A stretch of 64,000 bases of DNA. Origin: a bacterium. GTDB taxonomy: Bacteria > Patescibacteriota > Minisyncoccia > UBA6257 > Colwellbacteraceae. Numbering within the stretch: position 1 is the first letter of the stretch; the number at the start of each line of letters is the position of its first letter. Location of the stretch: positions 7,747 through 71,746 of the forward strand of contig JAKPNH010000002.1 in NCBI GenBank assembly GCA_029548485.1, given 5' to 3'. Shown here one piece after another: positions 18,509-27,952 of the stretch. The notes below the pieces were generated by a model that was not told the DNA's origin, did not search any database, and worked only from the letters and a program-made list of their open reading frames with translations. The position numbers and the translations under genes are program-made.

Positions 18509-18870
18509 ATAAAACGCCCTCCGTGAAAGAGGGCGTTTATTAAACAGCAATAGAGAGTGAACTGCCGCGAGGCGGCGACACCGATGATGTCATTGCGGTT
18601 ATCATTCCAGTAGTTGTTGACATTCAGCCCGTCAGCGTCAAAGTTGCCGACGTTGCCTTCATTGGTTACGATCTGTGTATCTGAAAGAGTGGTTGTGCAG
18701 TTTGATGAGTTTAACGCAAGTATACCGTAGTCTACTGTGCCGTCAGAAACGCTGACTGATACATTTTCTAATAAAACTGTGGCAGCTACCGTTGCGCTGT
18801 CCGAAGCATGGGCCGAGGGGATTAAGACCATCGCGAGTGTCAGAAGAGAAAACAAAATATTTTTCTTCAT
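18505..18870 (-). CDS. Small secreted protein, Asn-rich C-terminus (candidate DGR target)
   Basis: Signal peptide MKKNILFSLLTLAMVLIPSAHA. C-terminus 'NVGNFDADGLNVNNYWNDNRNDIIG'. The last codons are encoded by a 10-bp-stem hairpin. Confidence 0.4.
   Translation of the reverse strand: MKKNILFSLLTLAMVLIPSAHASDSATVAATVLLENVSVSVSDGTVDYGILALNSSNCTTTLSDTQIVTNEGNVGNFDADGLNVNNYWNDNRNDIIGVAASRQFTLYCCLINALFHGGRFI
18512..18538. terminator. Perfect GC-rich hairpin at the avd stop / 3' end of the small secreted gene
   Basis: AAACGCCCTC-cgtgaaa-GAGGGCGTTT. Could act as a bidirectional terminator or as a DGR target-recognition hairpin. Confidence 0.5.
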
Positions 18871-19047
18871 AACAAATTTATTTAATTTTTAATGTTAAAA
18901 AACAAATATCTTTAATATCATACAAAAAGAAAAGACGGATGACAACGATTTTTTAAGCTTGGATGTGGATAACTGCGGAAAAATCCGTTTTTTAAGGAAG
19001 TTGTTACGAGATAAATTATCGCTTATATAGCTTGGTTGAGTCTCTTT

Positions 19048-19518
19048 TTAATTCAAAACTACAATCGCCGCATTCAATATAGAGGCGAAGCTTACCCACA
19101 ATAGATAAGGGATAAGTAGGTAGGATGCTAATTTCGACAGAGGATAAAGCTTTTTTATTGTCATAACGATCAGTATCCACATGGAGATAATCACCAATAA
19201 AGCCAGCGCCGGAGATTTTAAGCCGAAGAAAATCGGTGACCAAAGGAAATTAAGACTCAATTGCGCGAGAAAATATTTCCCTGCGATTTTGACATTTTTA
19301 TTGTTCCAACCCTTTCGCCAGATTAAGTAAAAAGATAATCCCATCAGGAAGTACAATAGCGTCCAAACCGGCCCGAATATCCAATTAGGCGGAGAAAAGG
19401 TCGGTTTATTCAAACCTACATACCACGTGGGAATAGAAGGAATGGTAAACGCGCTTCCGATTATGCCCGCCAATTCGCAACCGACGATGGATATGACGAG
19501 TTTATATGAGTCTTTCAT
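19048..19518 (-). CDS. tspO: TspO/MBR family tryptophan-rich sensory protein
   Basis: Five TM helices. 'FGPVWTLLYFLMG' and 'YLLIPYLLWVSFA' signatures. Confidence 0.8.
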   Translation of the reverse strand: MKDSYKLVISIVGCELAGIIGSAFTIPSIPTWYVGLNKPTFSPPNWIFGPVWTLLYFLMGLSFYLIWRKGWNNKNVKIAGKYFLAQLSLNFLWSPIFFGLKSPALALLVIISMWILIVMTIKKLYPLSKLASYLLIPYLLWVSFASILNAAIVVLN

Positions 19519-19617
19519 GATATTTACATTATGAACTCATTTTAAAAACAGGACAATTGATCGAATGATATGGATAAGTCTGTTGCCGAAAACTAAGAGA
19601 AAAAGTAATATTGATAT

Positions 19618-20097
19618 ATGACAAACAACGCAAAGAATATAAAAATTCTGGCAGTCGCCGTCTTGCTTGTCGGCATCGCCTGGTATTTCGGAGCCTTTAA
19701 AAAATCAAACCAAGTGACTGAGCTCGTTTCTTTCGTGGATAACGCCGTTAGCTTAGTCGAAACAAAAGGCAGGGATGCTTTTGCTGATTTCAGGCAGAAA
19801 GGCGGAGATTGGTGGAAAGGGGACAAGTATATTTTTGTTTACGATATGGAAGCGAATACTTTGGTTTTGCCTCCGACTCCGGAAATCGAGGGAACAAACC
19901 GCTGGTCAACGGAAGACGCTAACGGCGTTTTCTATGTCCGCGAAATGGTCAATGCGCTGGAGAACAAGGATTATGTTTGGATAATGTATTCTTACCCCAA
20001 ACCCGGAGCGGAAAACGCATTGCCCAAAGTCGCCTACGTCAGAAAAGCGATGATAGACGGCAATTATGTGATTGTCGGCTCGGGAATATATTACTAA
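19618..20097 (+). CDS. Membrane-anchored single Cache-like sensor domain protein
   Basis: N-terminal TM, then 'GDWWKGDKYIFVYDMEANTLVLPP' and 'YVWIMYSYPKPGAENALPKVAYV' Cache-type segments. No output domain. Confidence 0.5.
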   Translation: MTNNAKNIKILAVAVLLVGIAWYFGAFKKSNQVTELVSFVDNAVSLVETKGRDAFADFRQKGGDWWKGDKYIFVYDMEANTLVLPPTPEIEGTNRWSTEDANGVFYVREMVNALENKDYVWIMYSYPKPGAENALPKVAYVRKAMIDGNYVIVGSGIYY

Positions 20098-20116
20098 GCG
20101 AACGCAATAACTAATA

Positions 20117-20143
20117 AAACCCCCGGATATCGGGGGTTTTATT
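20117..20143 (+). terminator. Rho-independent terminator
   Basis: AAAACCCCCGG-atat-CGGGGGTTTT plus a T-run. Confidence 0.7.
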
Positions 20144-20167
20144 ATTGAGTTGTTGACAGCCTAAGAC

Positions 20168-20187
20168 ATATCGATCATGATCTATAT
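20168..20187. promoter_or_regulatory. 18/20 palindrome ATATCGATCATGATCTATAT abutting the regulator start codon (putative operator); TTGACA -35-like box at 20153-20158
   Basis: Perfect inner 10-bp palindrome GATCATGATC flanked by ATAT, ending 1 nt before the ATG of the ArsR-type gene. Confidence 0.5.
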
Positions 20188-20469
20188 ATGGCCGATCAAT
20201 CGCCTTGCGTCAAATGTTTCGGATCCTTGGGCATCGACTCGAGGATGAAAATCTACAAATTCTTGAAAGAAAACGGAAAAAGCACGGTTTCCTCGATCGT
20301 CGATATATTAGAATTGACCCAGCCGACGGTTTCTTACCACTTGAAAGAGATGAAAGACGCCGGGCTTTTGAACAGCTCGAAGTCGGGCAAAGAAGTATTC
20401 TACAGCGTCAACCAAAAATGTCCGTCAAACAATATTCCAGACTGTTTCCTGGCTAAGACGAAGTTTTGA
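20188..20469 (+). CDS. ArsR/SmtB-family transcriptional regulator with 4 Cys (SufR-like)
   Basis: Winged HTH 'SSIVDILELTQPTVSYHLKEMKDAGLL'. Cys at CVKC (N-terminus) and C...C (C-terminus). Sits first in the suf operon. Confidence 0.7.
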   Translation: MADQSPCVKCFGSLGIDSRMKIYKFLKENGKSTVSSIVDILELTQPTVSYHLKEMKDAGLLNSSKSGKEVFYSVNQKCPSNNIPDCFLAKTKF

Positions 20470-20472
20470 TCC

Positions 20473-21201
20473 ATGCTCAAAGTAGAAAACCTCCAAGTGT
20501 CTATCGAAAGCAAACAAATCCTCAATGGAGTGGATTTGTCCGTTTCCAAAAATAGCGTCCATGCATTGATGGGCCAGAACGGGTCTGGGAAAAGCACTTT
20601 GGCCCAGACGATTATGGGCAATCCCTTTTATGAGGCCGTCGCCGGAAGAATAGAATTTGAAGGCGTCGATATTTCGGGTTTGAAACCCGACGAGCGTTCC
20701 AAAAGGGGAATATTTTTGTCGTTCCAGTATCCGAGCGAGGTGGCGGGAATGGGAATCCAAAGTTTCTTGAGGCTTCTTTACAACAATTCACACGGAGAAA
20801 AACTGTCGCCCGTGAAATTCAGGGAATTTCTTTCCGACAAAGCAGACATGCTCGGAATAAGCCGGGAAATCCTGGAAAGATCGTTGAACGACGGATTTTC
20901 CGGAGGAGAAAAAAAGAAAATGGAAATGCTCCAGATGCTGATTTTGGAGCCTAAACTGGCGATCTTGGACGAGGTCGACAGCGGCTTGGACATCGACAGC
21001 CTCAAAACAGTGGCCATGGCCGTCGATTGTCTCCGCAGAAAAAACAGCATGGCGGTTTTGATAATCACCCATTACGCGAGAATCCTGAAATATCTGGAGC
21101 CGGATTTCGTCCATATCATGAAAGACGGCCGGATCGCGAAAAGCGGAGACAGAAGTTTGGCCTGCGAACTGGAGGAAAGAGGTTATAAATTCGATGCCTG
21201 A
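20473..21201 (+). CDS. sufC: Fe-S cluster assembly ATPase SufC
   Basis: ABC ATPase with 'GQNGSGKST' and 'SGGEKKK' signatures. Confidence 0.9.
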   Translation: MLKVENLQVSIESKQILNGVDLSVSKNSVHALMGQNGSGKSTLAQTIMGNPFYEAVAGRIEFEGVDISGLKPDERSKRGIFLSFQYPSEVAGMGIQSFLRLLYNNSHGEKLSPVKFREFLSDKADMLGISREILERSLNDGFSGGEKKKMEMLQMLILEPKLAILDEVDSGLDIDSLKTVAMAVDCLRRKNSMAVLIITHYARILKYLEPDFVHIMKDGRIAKSGDRSLACELEERGYKFDA

Positions 21202-22612
21202 AAAAACTTCCCGCAAAAACATTGATATCCGTCAGAATTACCGCGAGAAATTCGGGTTCAATATGCCCGAAGAATTCTTGCTGAAGATCGAAAAAGGATT
21301 GAACGAGGAAACGGTGAAGCTGATCTCCAAAGCCAAAGACGAACCCGCTTGGATGCTGGAACTCCGGCTGAACGCCTTCGAGTTCTTCAAGAAAAAAAGC
21401 TTGCCGAGTTGGGGTCCGGATCTATCGAAAATCGACTTCGACGACATTTATTATTATCTGAAACCGGTAGATAAAACCAAAAAAACGTGGGACGAGGTTC
21501 CGGAAGCCATCAAAAACACGTTTGAGAAATTGGGCGTGCCGCAGGCCGAGAAAGAGTTTCTGGCCGGCGTGAAGGCGCAATACGATTCCGAAGTCGCCTA
21601 TTCGTCTTTAATGGAGGAACTGGAAAGCGAGGGAATCGTTTTTTTGTCCACGGACGAAGGATTGAGAAAATATCCGGAAATCTTCGAGGAATATTTCGGC
21701 AAACTAGTTCCTTTTTCCGACAACAAGTTCGCCGCCTTAAACAGCGCCGTCTGGTCCGGAGGCTCTTTCGTCTATATTCCCAAAGGCGCCCGGGTCAAAA
21801 GGCCTCTGCAGGCGTATTTCCGTATCAACGCGGAAAAAATGGGACAGTTCGAAAGGACGCTCATCATCGCCGACGAAGGAAGCTTCGCCCAGTACGTCGA
21901 AGGTTGCACGGCTCCGGTCTATTCGACCGATTCCTTGCACGCGGCAGTCGTGGAGGTTTTCGTCAAAAAGGGGGCCAGATTCAGGTATACCACCATCCAG
22001 AACTGGTCGAACGACGTTTACAATCTGGTGACCAAAAAAGCGAGAGTCGAGGAGAACGCCGTCATGGAATGGATTGACGGCAATCTGGGCTCGAAAACGA
22101 CCATGAAATACCCGTCTTGCTATCTCGTCGGCAAAGGCTCTCGAGGCGAGATGCTCTCCATCGCTTACGCGAGCGAAGGCCAGCACCAGGACGCCGGGGC
22201 GAAAATGATCCATCTGGCTCCGGATACTTCCTCGAAAATCGTTTCCAAGTCGATAAGCCTGAAAGGCGGAAGATCGAGTTATCGGGGAACGGTGGAAGTC
22301 TCTCCCGAAGCCAAAAACGCCAGGTGTCGGGTTGAATGCGACGCGCTCATCCTGGACGAGGATTCCGCCTCCGACACTTTTCCTCTCATGAAAATAAACG
22401 AGGGCTCCGCCAACATAGAGCACGAAGCGACCGTGAGCAAAATCGGCGAAGAAAAACTTTTCTATCTGACGAGCCGGGGGCTTACCGAAGACCAGGCGAT
22501 GAGCTTGATCGTTTCCGGATTCATCGAGCCTATTGTCAAAGAACTGCCGATGGAATACGCCATAGAATTGAACAGGCTTATCGAGCTGGAAATGGAAGGG
22601 AGCGTCGGCTAA
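21194..22612 (+). CDS. sufB: Fe-S cluster assembly protein SufB
   Basis: 472 aa SufB/SufD-fold beta-helix. Position and size fit SufB. Confidence 0.85.
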   Translation: MPEKTSRKNIDIRQNYREKFGFNMPEEFLLKIEKGLNEETVKLISKAKDEPAWMLELRLNAFEFFKKKSLPSWGPDLSKIDFDDIYYYLKPVDKTKKTWDEVPEAIKNTFEKLGVPQAEKEFLAGVKAQYDSEVAYSSLMEELESEGIVFLSTDEGLRKYPEIFEEYFGKLVPFSDNKFAALNSAVWSGGSFVYIPKGARVKRPLQAYFRINAEKMGQFERTLIIADEGSFAQYVEGCTAPVYSTDSLHAAVVEVFVKKGARFRYTTIQNWSNDVYNLVTKKARVEENAVMEWIDGNLGSKTTMKYPSCYLVGKGSRGEMLSIAYASEGQHQDAGAKMIHLAPDTSSKIVSKSISLKGGRSSYRGTVEVSPEAKNARCRVECDALILDEDSASDTFPLMKINEGSANIEHEATVSKIGEEKLFYLTSRGLTEDQAMSLIVSGFIEPIVKELPMEYAIELNRLIELEMEGSVG

Positions 22613-22613
22613 C

Positions 22614-23216
22614 ATGAAAACGATCCTTCTCGACACCAAAAAAAACCAGGAAATAAGCGTCAGCGAAGACACGCAATTCGTCTTGGCGGAAAACCGCGGA
22701 TCCGAAGACGAATTTTCTCTGAATCTCATTTTCCAAAAGCCCGGCGTGGCTTCCGAGATATTGGGGGTCTTCCACCTGCCTGAAGGCGGGAAAATCCATC
22801 TGACCACTTCTTCCAACCATCTGGTTCCGGGAACTTCGTGCCAGACGTACATCAAGGCCGTTTTGAACGAGAAATCGGACTTCGATTACCGAGGAGAAAT
22901 CCTAATCGCAAAAGAAGCCCAGCAAACGACCGCTTATCTCTGCGACAACGTCCTGGCCGTCGGAGACGACGTCAAAAGAAACTCCCGGCCGACTCTCCGA
23001 ATCGAGGCGAACGACGTCAAAGCGTCGCACGGCTCCACCACCGGAAGAATAGATCAATCCGAGCTTTATTATCTGGAAAGCCGAGGCATCGGAAAAAGAG
23101 AATCCGAAGAGATTATTATCGAAGGATTCTTGGCTGGTCTGATAAGAAAAATCAAAGACGAGGACGTCAGAAAGTTGGTACTGGATAAGATGGGATTAAA
23201 AAACGAACCGCTATGA
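22614..23216 (+). CDS. sufD: Short SufD-like protein
   Basis: 200 aa C-terminal SufBD-type beta-helix segment between sufB and sufS. Confidence 0.55.
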   Translation: MKTILLDTKKNQEISVSEDTQFVLAENRGSEDEFSLNLIFQKPGVASEILGVFHLPEGGKIHLTTSSNHLVPGTSCQTYIKAVLNEKSDFDYRGEILIAKEAQQTTAYLCDNVLAVGDDVKRNSRPTLRIEANDVKASHGSTTGRIDQSELYYLESRGIGKRESEEIIIEGFLAGLIRKIKDEDVRKLVLDKMGLKNEPL

Positions 23217-24427
23217 AAAACGTGAGGAAAGATTTTCCGATTTTGGAAAGAAAAATCAACGGCCGCCGATTGGTTTATTTGGACAACGCCGCGACTTCGC
23301 AGAAGCCGAAGCAGGTTTTGGAGGCGATCGCCGGATATTATTCGAATCACAACGCCAATATCCACCGGGGATTGCATCTTTTAAGCGAAGAGGCGACCGC
23401 TATGTACGAAGAATCCAGGAAAAAGATCGCCGGCTTCATCGGCGCGAACTGTCCAGAAGAATTGATTTTTACCAAAGGAGCCACCGAATCTTTAAATATG
23501 GTGGCAACAACGTGGGGCGCCGCCAATTTGAAAAAAGGCGACACAATCCTCTTGGGGGACTTCGAGCACCACAGCAACATGGTTCCGTGGTTGGAAATAG
23601 CCGAGAAGACTGGAGCTGAGATCGAATATCTGGAATCGGACGAAAACGGCGAGATTCATCTGGAAGAAGTCGAGAAAAAAATGACCGGCCGGGTGAAATT
23701 GATCTCTCTTACCCACGCTTCGAATGTCTTGGGAACGATCGTACCGATAAAAGAGATCTGCGGCCTCGCGACCGAAAAAGGGATTCTCGTATCCGTCGAC
23801 GGCGCGCAAGCGGCGCCGCATCTTGAAATAAACATGGCCGATCTGGGATGCGATTTTTATTCTTTTTCGGCGCACAAGATGCTCGGGCCTATGGGCGTGG
23901 GCGCGCTCTGGGTGAAGAGAGAGATCTTGGAAAGGCTCAATCCATACGAATTCGGAGGCGGCATGATCGACGAGGTTTCTTACCAAAAAGCCACTTATGC
24001 GGCTATTCCCGCGAGATTCGAGGCGGGCACGCCGAACGTCGCCGGAACGGTCGGATTCGCCGCAGCCGCGGATTACCTCGAAAAAATAGGAATGGATGAT
24101 ATCAGGCAGCACGAAATCGGATTGAACAAATACCTGTCGGAGAAAATAAAAGAGATCGATGGATTGAAAGTCGTCGGTCCGAAGGAACCGGAAAAAAGGA
24201 CCGGTTTGGCTTCTTTCTCGATCGCCGGGATCCACGCGCACGACGTCGCTTCCGTTTTGAACGATTACGGTATCGCCGTCAGGGCCGGGCACCATTGCGT
24301 GATGCCGTATCACGCCAAAATCGGCCTGACAGGCACGACCAGGGCGAGTTTTTATCTTTACAATACCGAAGAAGAGATCGATCGATTGGTCGAGGGAATA
24401 AAAAAAGCCGTGGAGATATTGAGTTGA
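23213..24427 (+). CDS. sufS: Cysteine desulfurase SufS (PLP-dependent, class V)
   Basis: 'SFSAHKMLGPMGVGALWV' PLP-lysine region and 'RAGHHC' active-site Cys loop. Confidence 0.9.
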   Translation: MKNVRKDFPILERKINGRRLVYLDNAATSQKPKQVLEAIAGYYSNHNANIHRGLHLLSEEATAMYEESRKKIAGFIGANCPEELIFTKGATESLNMVATTWGAANLKKGDTILLGDFEHHSNMVPWLEIAEKTGAEIEYLESDENGEIHLEEVEKKMTGRVKLISLTHASNVLGTIVPIKEICGLATEKGILVSVDGAQAAPHLEINMADLGCDFYSFSAHKMLGPMGVGALWVKREILERLNPYEFGGGMIDEVSYQKATYAAIPARFEAGTPNVAGTVGFAAAADYLEKIGMDDIRQHEIGLNKYLSEKIKEIDGLKVVGPKEPEKRTGLASFSIAGIHAHDVASVLNDYGIAVRAGHHCVMPYHAKIGLTGTTRASFYLYNTEEEIDRLVEGIKKAVEILS

Positions 24428-24428
24428 A

Positions 24429-24809
24429 ATGCAAGACCTTTATCGCGAAGAATTCATGGAGATTTTCCGACACCCCCAGAACAAGGGAAATTTGGAAAAC
24501 CCGTCGGCCTTTGCCCATAAGAAAAATCCCATGTGCGGAGACTCCTTGGTTCTTCGTTTGAAGATCAGCGGCGGCATTATCGAAGACGCCAAATTCGAAA
24601 GCGAAGCGTGCGCGGTCAGCGTTATTTCTTCGTCTATCCTTACGGACTATCTGATCGGAAAAAGCGTCGACGAGGCGAAAAAGATAAACAAAGACCGATT
24701 GCTCGAAATGATCGGTTTGAATTTGACCACCAGCCGCGTTTCCTGCGCCACCCTGGTTCTTTACGCCCTGGAAGAGGCGTTGAAAAACTATGAAAAAGAA
24801 TCCGAATAA
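24429..24809 (+). CDS. sufU: SufU/IscU-like Fe-S scaffold (zinc-dependent sulfur acceptor)
   Basis: 'NPMCGDSL', 'ACAVS' and 'SCATL' conserved Cys. Confidence 0.8.
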   Translation: MQDLYREEFMEIFRHPQNKGNLENPSAFAHKKNPMCGDSLVLRLKISGGIIEDAKFESEACAVSVISSSILTDYLIGKSVDEAKKINKDRLLEMIGLNLTTSRVSCATLVLYALEEALKNYEKESE

Positions 24810-25017
24810 AATCACCAAAGATTCGAATCTCGCCCAGGTAGTGTACGAGCATCCGGAAGCGGTGGAGGTATTGCTGGATTACGGGCTTCACTGCATCGGC
24901 TGCATGGCGAGCCACTACGATTCGATCGGAATGGGAGCGAAGATCCACGGGCTTTCCGACAAGGAAATCGACGAAATGATCGGAAAAATAAACAAATCGA
25001 TCCGGTCCGGGAAGTAA
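24790..25017 (+). CDS. DUF1858 redox-disulfide domain protein
   Basis: 75 aa, 'GLHCIGCMAS' CxxC. Confidence 0.55.
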   Translation: MKKNPNKITKDSNLAQVVYEHPEAVEVLLDYGLHCIGCMASHYDSIGMGAKIHGLSDKEIDEMIGKINKSIRSGK

Positions 25018-25054
25018 AACCAGGGCTTAATCGGTTATCGCCGTCGCGGTTTTG

Positions 25055-25063
25055 TGCTACAAT
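25055..25063 (+). promoter_or_regulatory. Extended -10 element TGcTACAAT, 7 nt upstream of the hemerythrin ATG (leaderless transcript likely)
   Basis: TGnTAnAAT consensus. No SD between it and the ATG at 25070. Confidence 0.4.
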
Positions 25064-25069
25064 AGAATC

Positions 25070-25486
25070 ATGGCAAAATTCGTGTGGACAGAAGAATATA
25101 GCGTCGGCATTCCGTCGATCGACGAACAGCACCGGCATTTCTTCGATATCGCCAACCGAGTCGTGGAACTGGCGGAAAAAGAGGATATTGGCCGGGAAGA
25201 ATTGACGACGAGCCTCGGAGAACTCGGAAATTACGCTTTCTACCACTTCAGCACCGAAGAAGGATACTTCTCAAAATTCAATTACGAAGGGGCGGCCATC
25301 CATATAAGCGCCCACAACAATTATCGGCGGCAAATGGAAGATTATCTCGGCAGAGTCAGGGAAGAAAACGATCTGAAATCTTTGGCCGTCGTCGTCGCCA
25401 ACTTCTCGGGCAACTGGCTTCTCGGACATATCCTGGAAATGGACAAGAAATACACCGTGTTCTTCAAAGAAAGCGGAATCATTTGA
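25070..25486 (+). CDS. Hemerythrin-like (bacteriohemerythrin) protein
   Basis: 'FVWTEEYSVGIPSIDEQHRHFF' H/D iron ligand pattern, plus further His at ...HISAHNNY... and ...HILEMD.... Confidence 0.8.
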   Translation: MAKFVWTEEYSVGIPSIDEQHRHFFDIANRVVELAEKEDIGREELTTSLGELGNYAFYHFSTEEGYFSKFNYEGAAIHISAHNNYRRQMEDYLGRVREENDLKSLAVVVANFSGNWLLGHILEMDKKYTVFFKESGII

Positions 25487-25601
25487 TCCGTCCGATATCG
25501 GAAAAATCAGCGGAGCCGAAAACTCCGCTTTTTTGTCGGACATTCCGGAAAAAATGTTATACTTACAATACAGGTCGTCGTTAATCAATAAATCAGAATC
25601 C

Positions 25602-26345
25602 ATGAATAAGAAGACTTTAAGGTCGATCATCATTCTCGTTGTGGCGATCGTCGCCTATTTCGGGGCGGTTCTTTGGCTCAGCCGGAATAACTCGGAGCTC
25701 AAGGGAACGGTTTCTTACCGCGAACGCATCGCTTTGCCTTCGGGCAGCCAGGTGAAAGTGCAAATCCGCGACGTCTCAAAAGGAGAGATCTTCGCGGAAA
25801 CGAGCATCACCACGAAAGGAGAAAACGTGCCGATCCCGTTCACGGTTATCTACGACGCTTCCAAAATAGACCCGAGCACCGCTTACGACGTAGTGGCCCA
25901 AATCATCGTCGACGGCAAAGAGCGCTGGACCGTCGGCGCGCCGGAGCCGTTCATGGGCGAAGATTCGCAGCCGATCGCGGAGATCGATTTCATGCTGGTG
26001 GCTTCGGATCAGGAGCTTTCCATTTTCGACCTCGACGGAAAGAGACTGAAAATGGTCTCTTTCAACGGAAACGCCGCGCCTGCGGAACCGGCTTACACTT
26101 TGGAGTTCAACAATACCTTGGTCTCGGCCGTGATCTGCAACAATATCGCCGGAGATTTCACCCTTTCCGACAATACGATTCAAGCATTGCTTACGACCAC
26201 GGAAAAGATCTGCACGATCCCGGACGGCATCATGGAAGCGGAAGAAGCGTTTAAAGCCATGCTGAGCTCTGGGGCGACGTTGTTTCTCGCCGGCGACACG
26301 CTGACGATATCCGACAGCGAAAATATAATGGTTTTTGCCCAATAA
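25602..26345 (+). CDS. Membrane-anchored YbaY-like / META (HslJ-like) domain protein
   Basis: Start at MNKKTLRSIIILVVAIVAYFG (TM anchor). C-terminal META-like segment 'LEFNNTLVSAVICNNIAGDFTLSDNTIQAL'. Confidence 0.45.
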   Translation: MNKKTLRSIIILVVAIVAYFGAVLWLSRNNSELKGTVSYRERIALPSGSQVKVQIRDVSKGEIFAETSITTKGENVPIPFTVIYDASKIDPSTAYDVVAQIIVDGKERWTVGAPEPFMGEDSQPIAEIDFMLVASDQELSIFDLDGKRLKMVSFNGNAAPAEPAYTLEFNNTLVSAVICNNIAGDFTLSDNTIQALLTTTEKICTIPDGIMEAEEAFKAMLSSGATLFLAGDTLTISDSENIMVFAQ

Positions 26346-26406
26346 TTTTTCCGCCGACTCAAAAGGAAGATAAAACCTCCGGCTATGCGGGAGGTTTTGC
26401 TTTCTT

Positions 26407-26415
26407 GGTATAATA
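26407..26415 (+). promoter_or_regulatory. Extended -10 TGgTATAAT upstream of the lactate permease
   Basis: Follows the terminator-like hairpin at about 26380-26400. Confidence 0.35.
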
Positions 26416-26422
26416 AAAATCA

Positions 26423-27916
26423 ATGGATCTTCCCTTTATTTTATCGATAAGTCCGCTCGTTCTTTTTTTGATTCTTCTTCTCGGACTCCGCAAGCCGCTT
26501 TCCGAGGTTTCTCTGTGGACCTTGGGCTTGATGATCGTTCTCGCTCTTTTGTACTGGCAGATAGCGCCTGTTTTGTTTTGGGCGTCTTTCGCCAAAGGGA
26601 TCTTCGTGGCCCTCGATATTTTCTTGATCATCTTCGGCGCCATCTTCTTTCTTGAAGTTTTGAGAAGCCTCGGGGTTATCGGAAGCATCTCTTATTATCT
26701 CGAATCCTTTTCCAAGGATTACCGGATACAAACGATCATTCTCGCCTGGTTTTTCGAAAACTTCCTGGAAGGCGCGGCCGGTTTCGGGACCGCCGCCGTC
26801 ATCGTCGCTCCTTTGCTCATCGGCTTGGGATTGACGCCGATCAAGGCGGTCATTGTTTCGCTTTTGGGGAACAGCACCTCGGTCGCCTTCGGCGCCGCCG
26901 GAACGCCGATCAGGATCGGATTCAGCGGGCTCGAGTATCCGGCCATCCCCTAGCTCGCCGCTTGGATCAACTGCATCGGGTTCTTGGTCCCGATTTTCAT
27001 GCTTTTTACCATCACTGCCGGCAAACCGGACAGAAAAAAACAGATCAAAGAGGCTTTGCCTTTCGCCGTTTGGTCGGGAATCGCCTTTGTCATCCCTTCG
27101 GCCCTTGTCGTGCCTTTTGGCCAGGAATTCCCGTCGATTATCGGCGCCGTCATCGGATTGGTGCTCGTGCTGCTGACCACCAAGCTCGGAATTCTAATTC
27201 CGAAAAACATCCGATCCGGCGGGTCAGAGGAAAAACCGCAAAGGACGCTTTCTTCTTTCAAAACTTTCTTCCCTTACGCTTTGCTCATCGCGGTTCTGAT
27301 TCTGGGCAAGATCTTTTTCGGAGAGACCAACATAGGCATTCCTTTCGCCCTTGACCACCAGTTCAATCTTTTCAATCCGGGATTCGCGTTCTTTCTGGCC
27401 GGACTACCGATCGCTTTCGCCTGGAGATCGAAAAACAAGAAAATCATTCGGGAACCATTGGGAAAATCCGTCAAAGGATCGATTAACTCCTTTTTGATCA
27501 TTTCTTGTATTTCCATAGTCGTCCAATTGATGGTTAATTCCGGGATGAACGCAAACGGCATTCCTTCGGCCGTATCTTTGATCGCCAAGAGCTTCGAAAC
27601 CTCGTTTCTTCCTTTTTGGACGCCGTTTATCAGCGCTTTCGGATGTTTTTTGACCGGAAGCGCCACGGTTTCGAATATCATGTTCGGGAAGTTTCTGGAG
27701 ATTTCGAGCAAGGCGATCGGTATGGATAGCGCGAAGATACTGGCCCTGGCTCTAGTTGGCGCTTCCGCGGGCAACATGATCGCCTTGGCGGACATGCTCG
27801 CGGCCGAAGCCGTTGTCGGGCTAAAAAACCGGGAAAGAGACATCCTTAAAGGAGTGATCGTGCCGTGTCTTGTCTACCTTGTTTTCGTCGGGACTATCGG
27901 AATATTGATTATCTGA
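26423..27916 (+). pseudogene. lctP: L-lactate permease (LctP family) interrupted by an in-frame TAG at 26951-26953
   Basis: Two track ORFs (26423-26953 and 26984-27916) are in the same frame and together form a continuous LctP-like 12-TM protein: ...EYPAIP*LAAWINCIGFLVPIFMLF.... Confidence 0.6.
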
Positions 27917-27952
27917 AAGATTTCACATAAAAAGTTATAATTCAGTCGACTC

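Noticed and set aside
18509-19050. Looked here and at 16545-16640 and 17048-17102 for a DGR template repeat matching 18550-18680
   Set aside because: No convincing 60-130 bp imperfect copy seen by eye. Left as an open question rather than annotating a template repeat.
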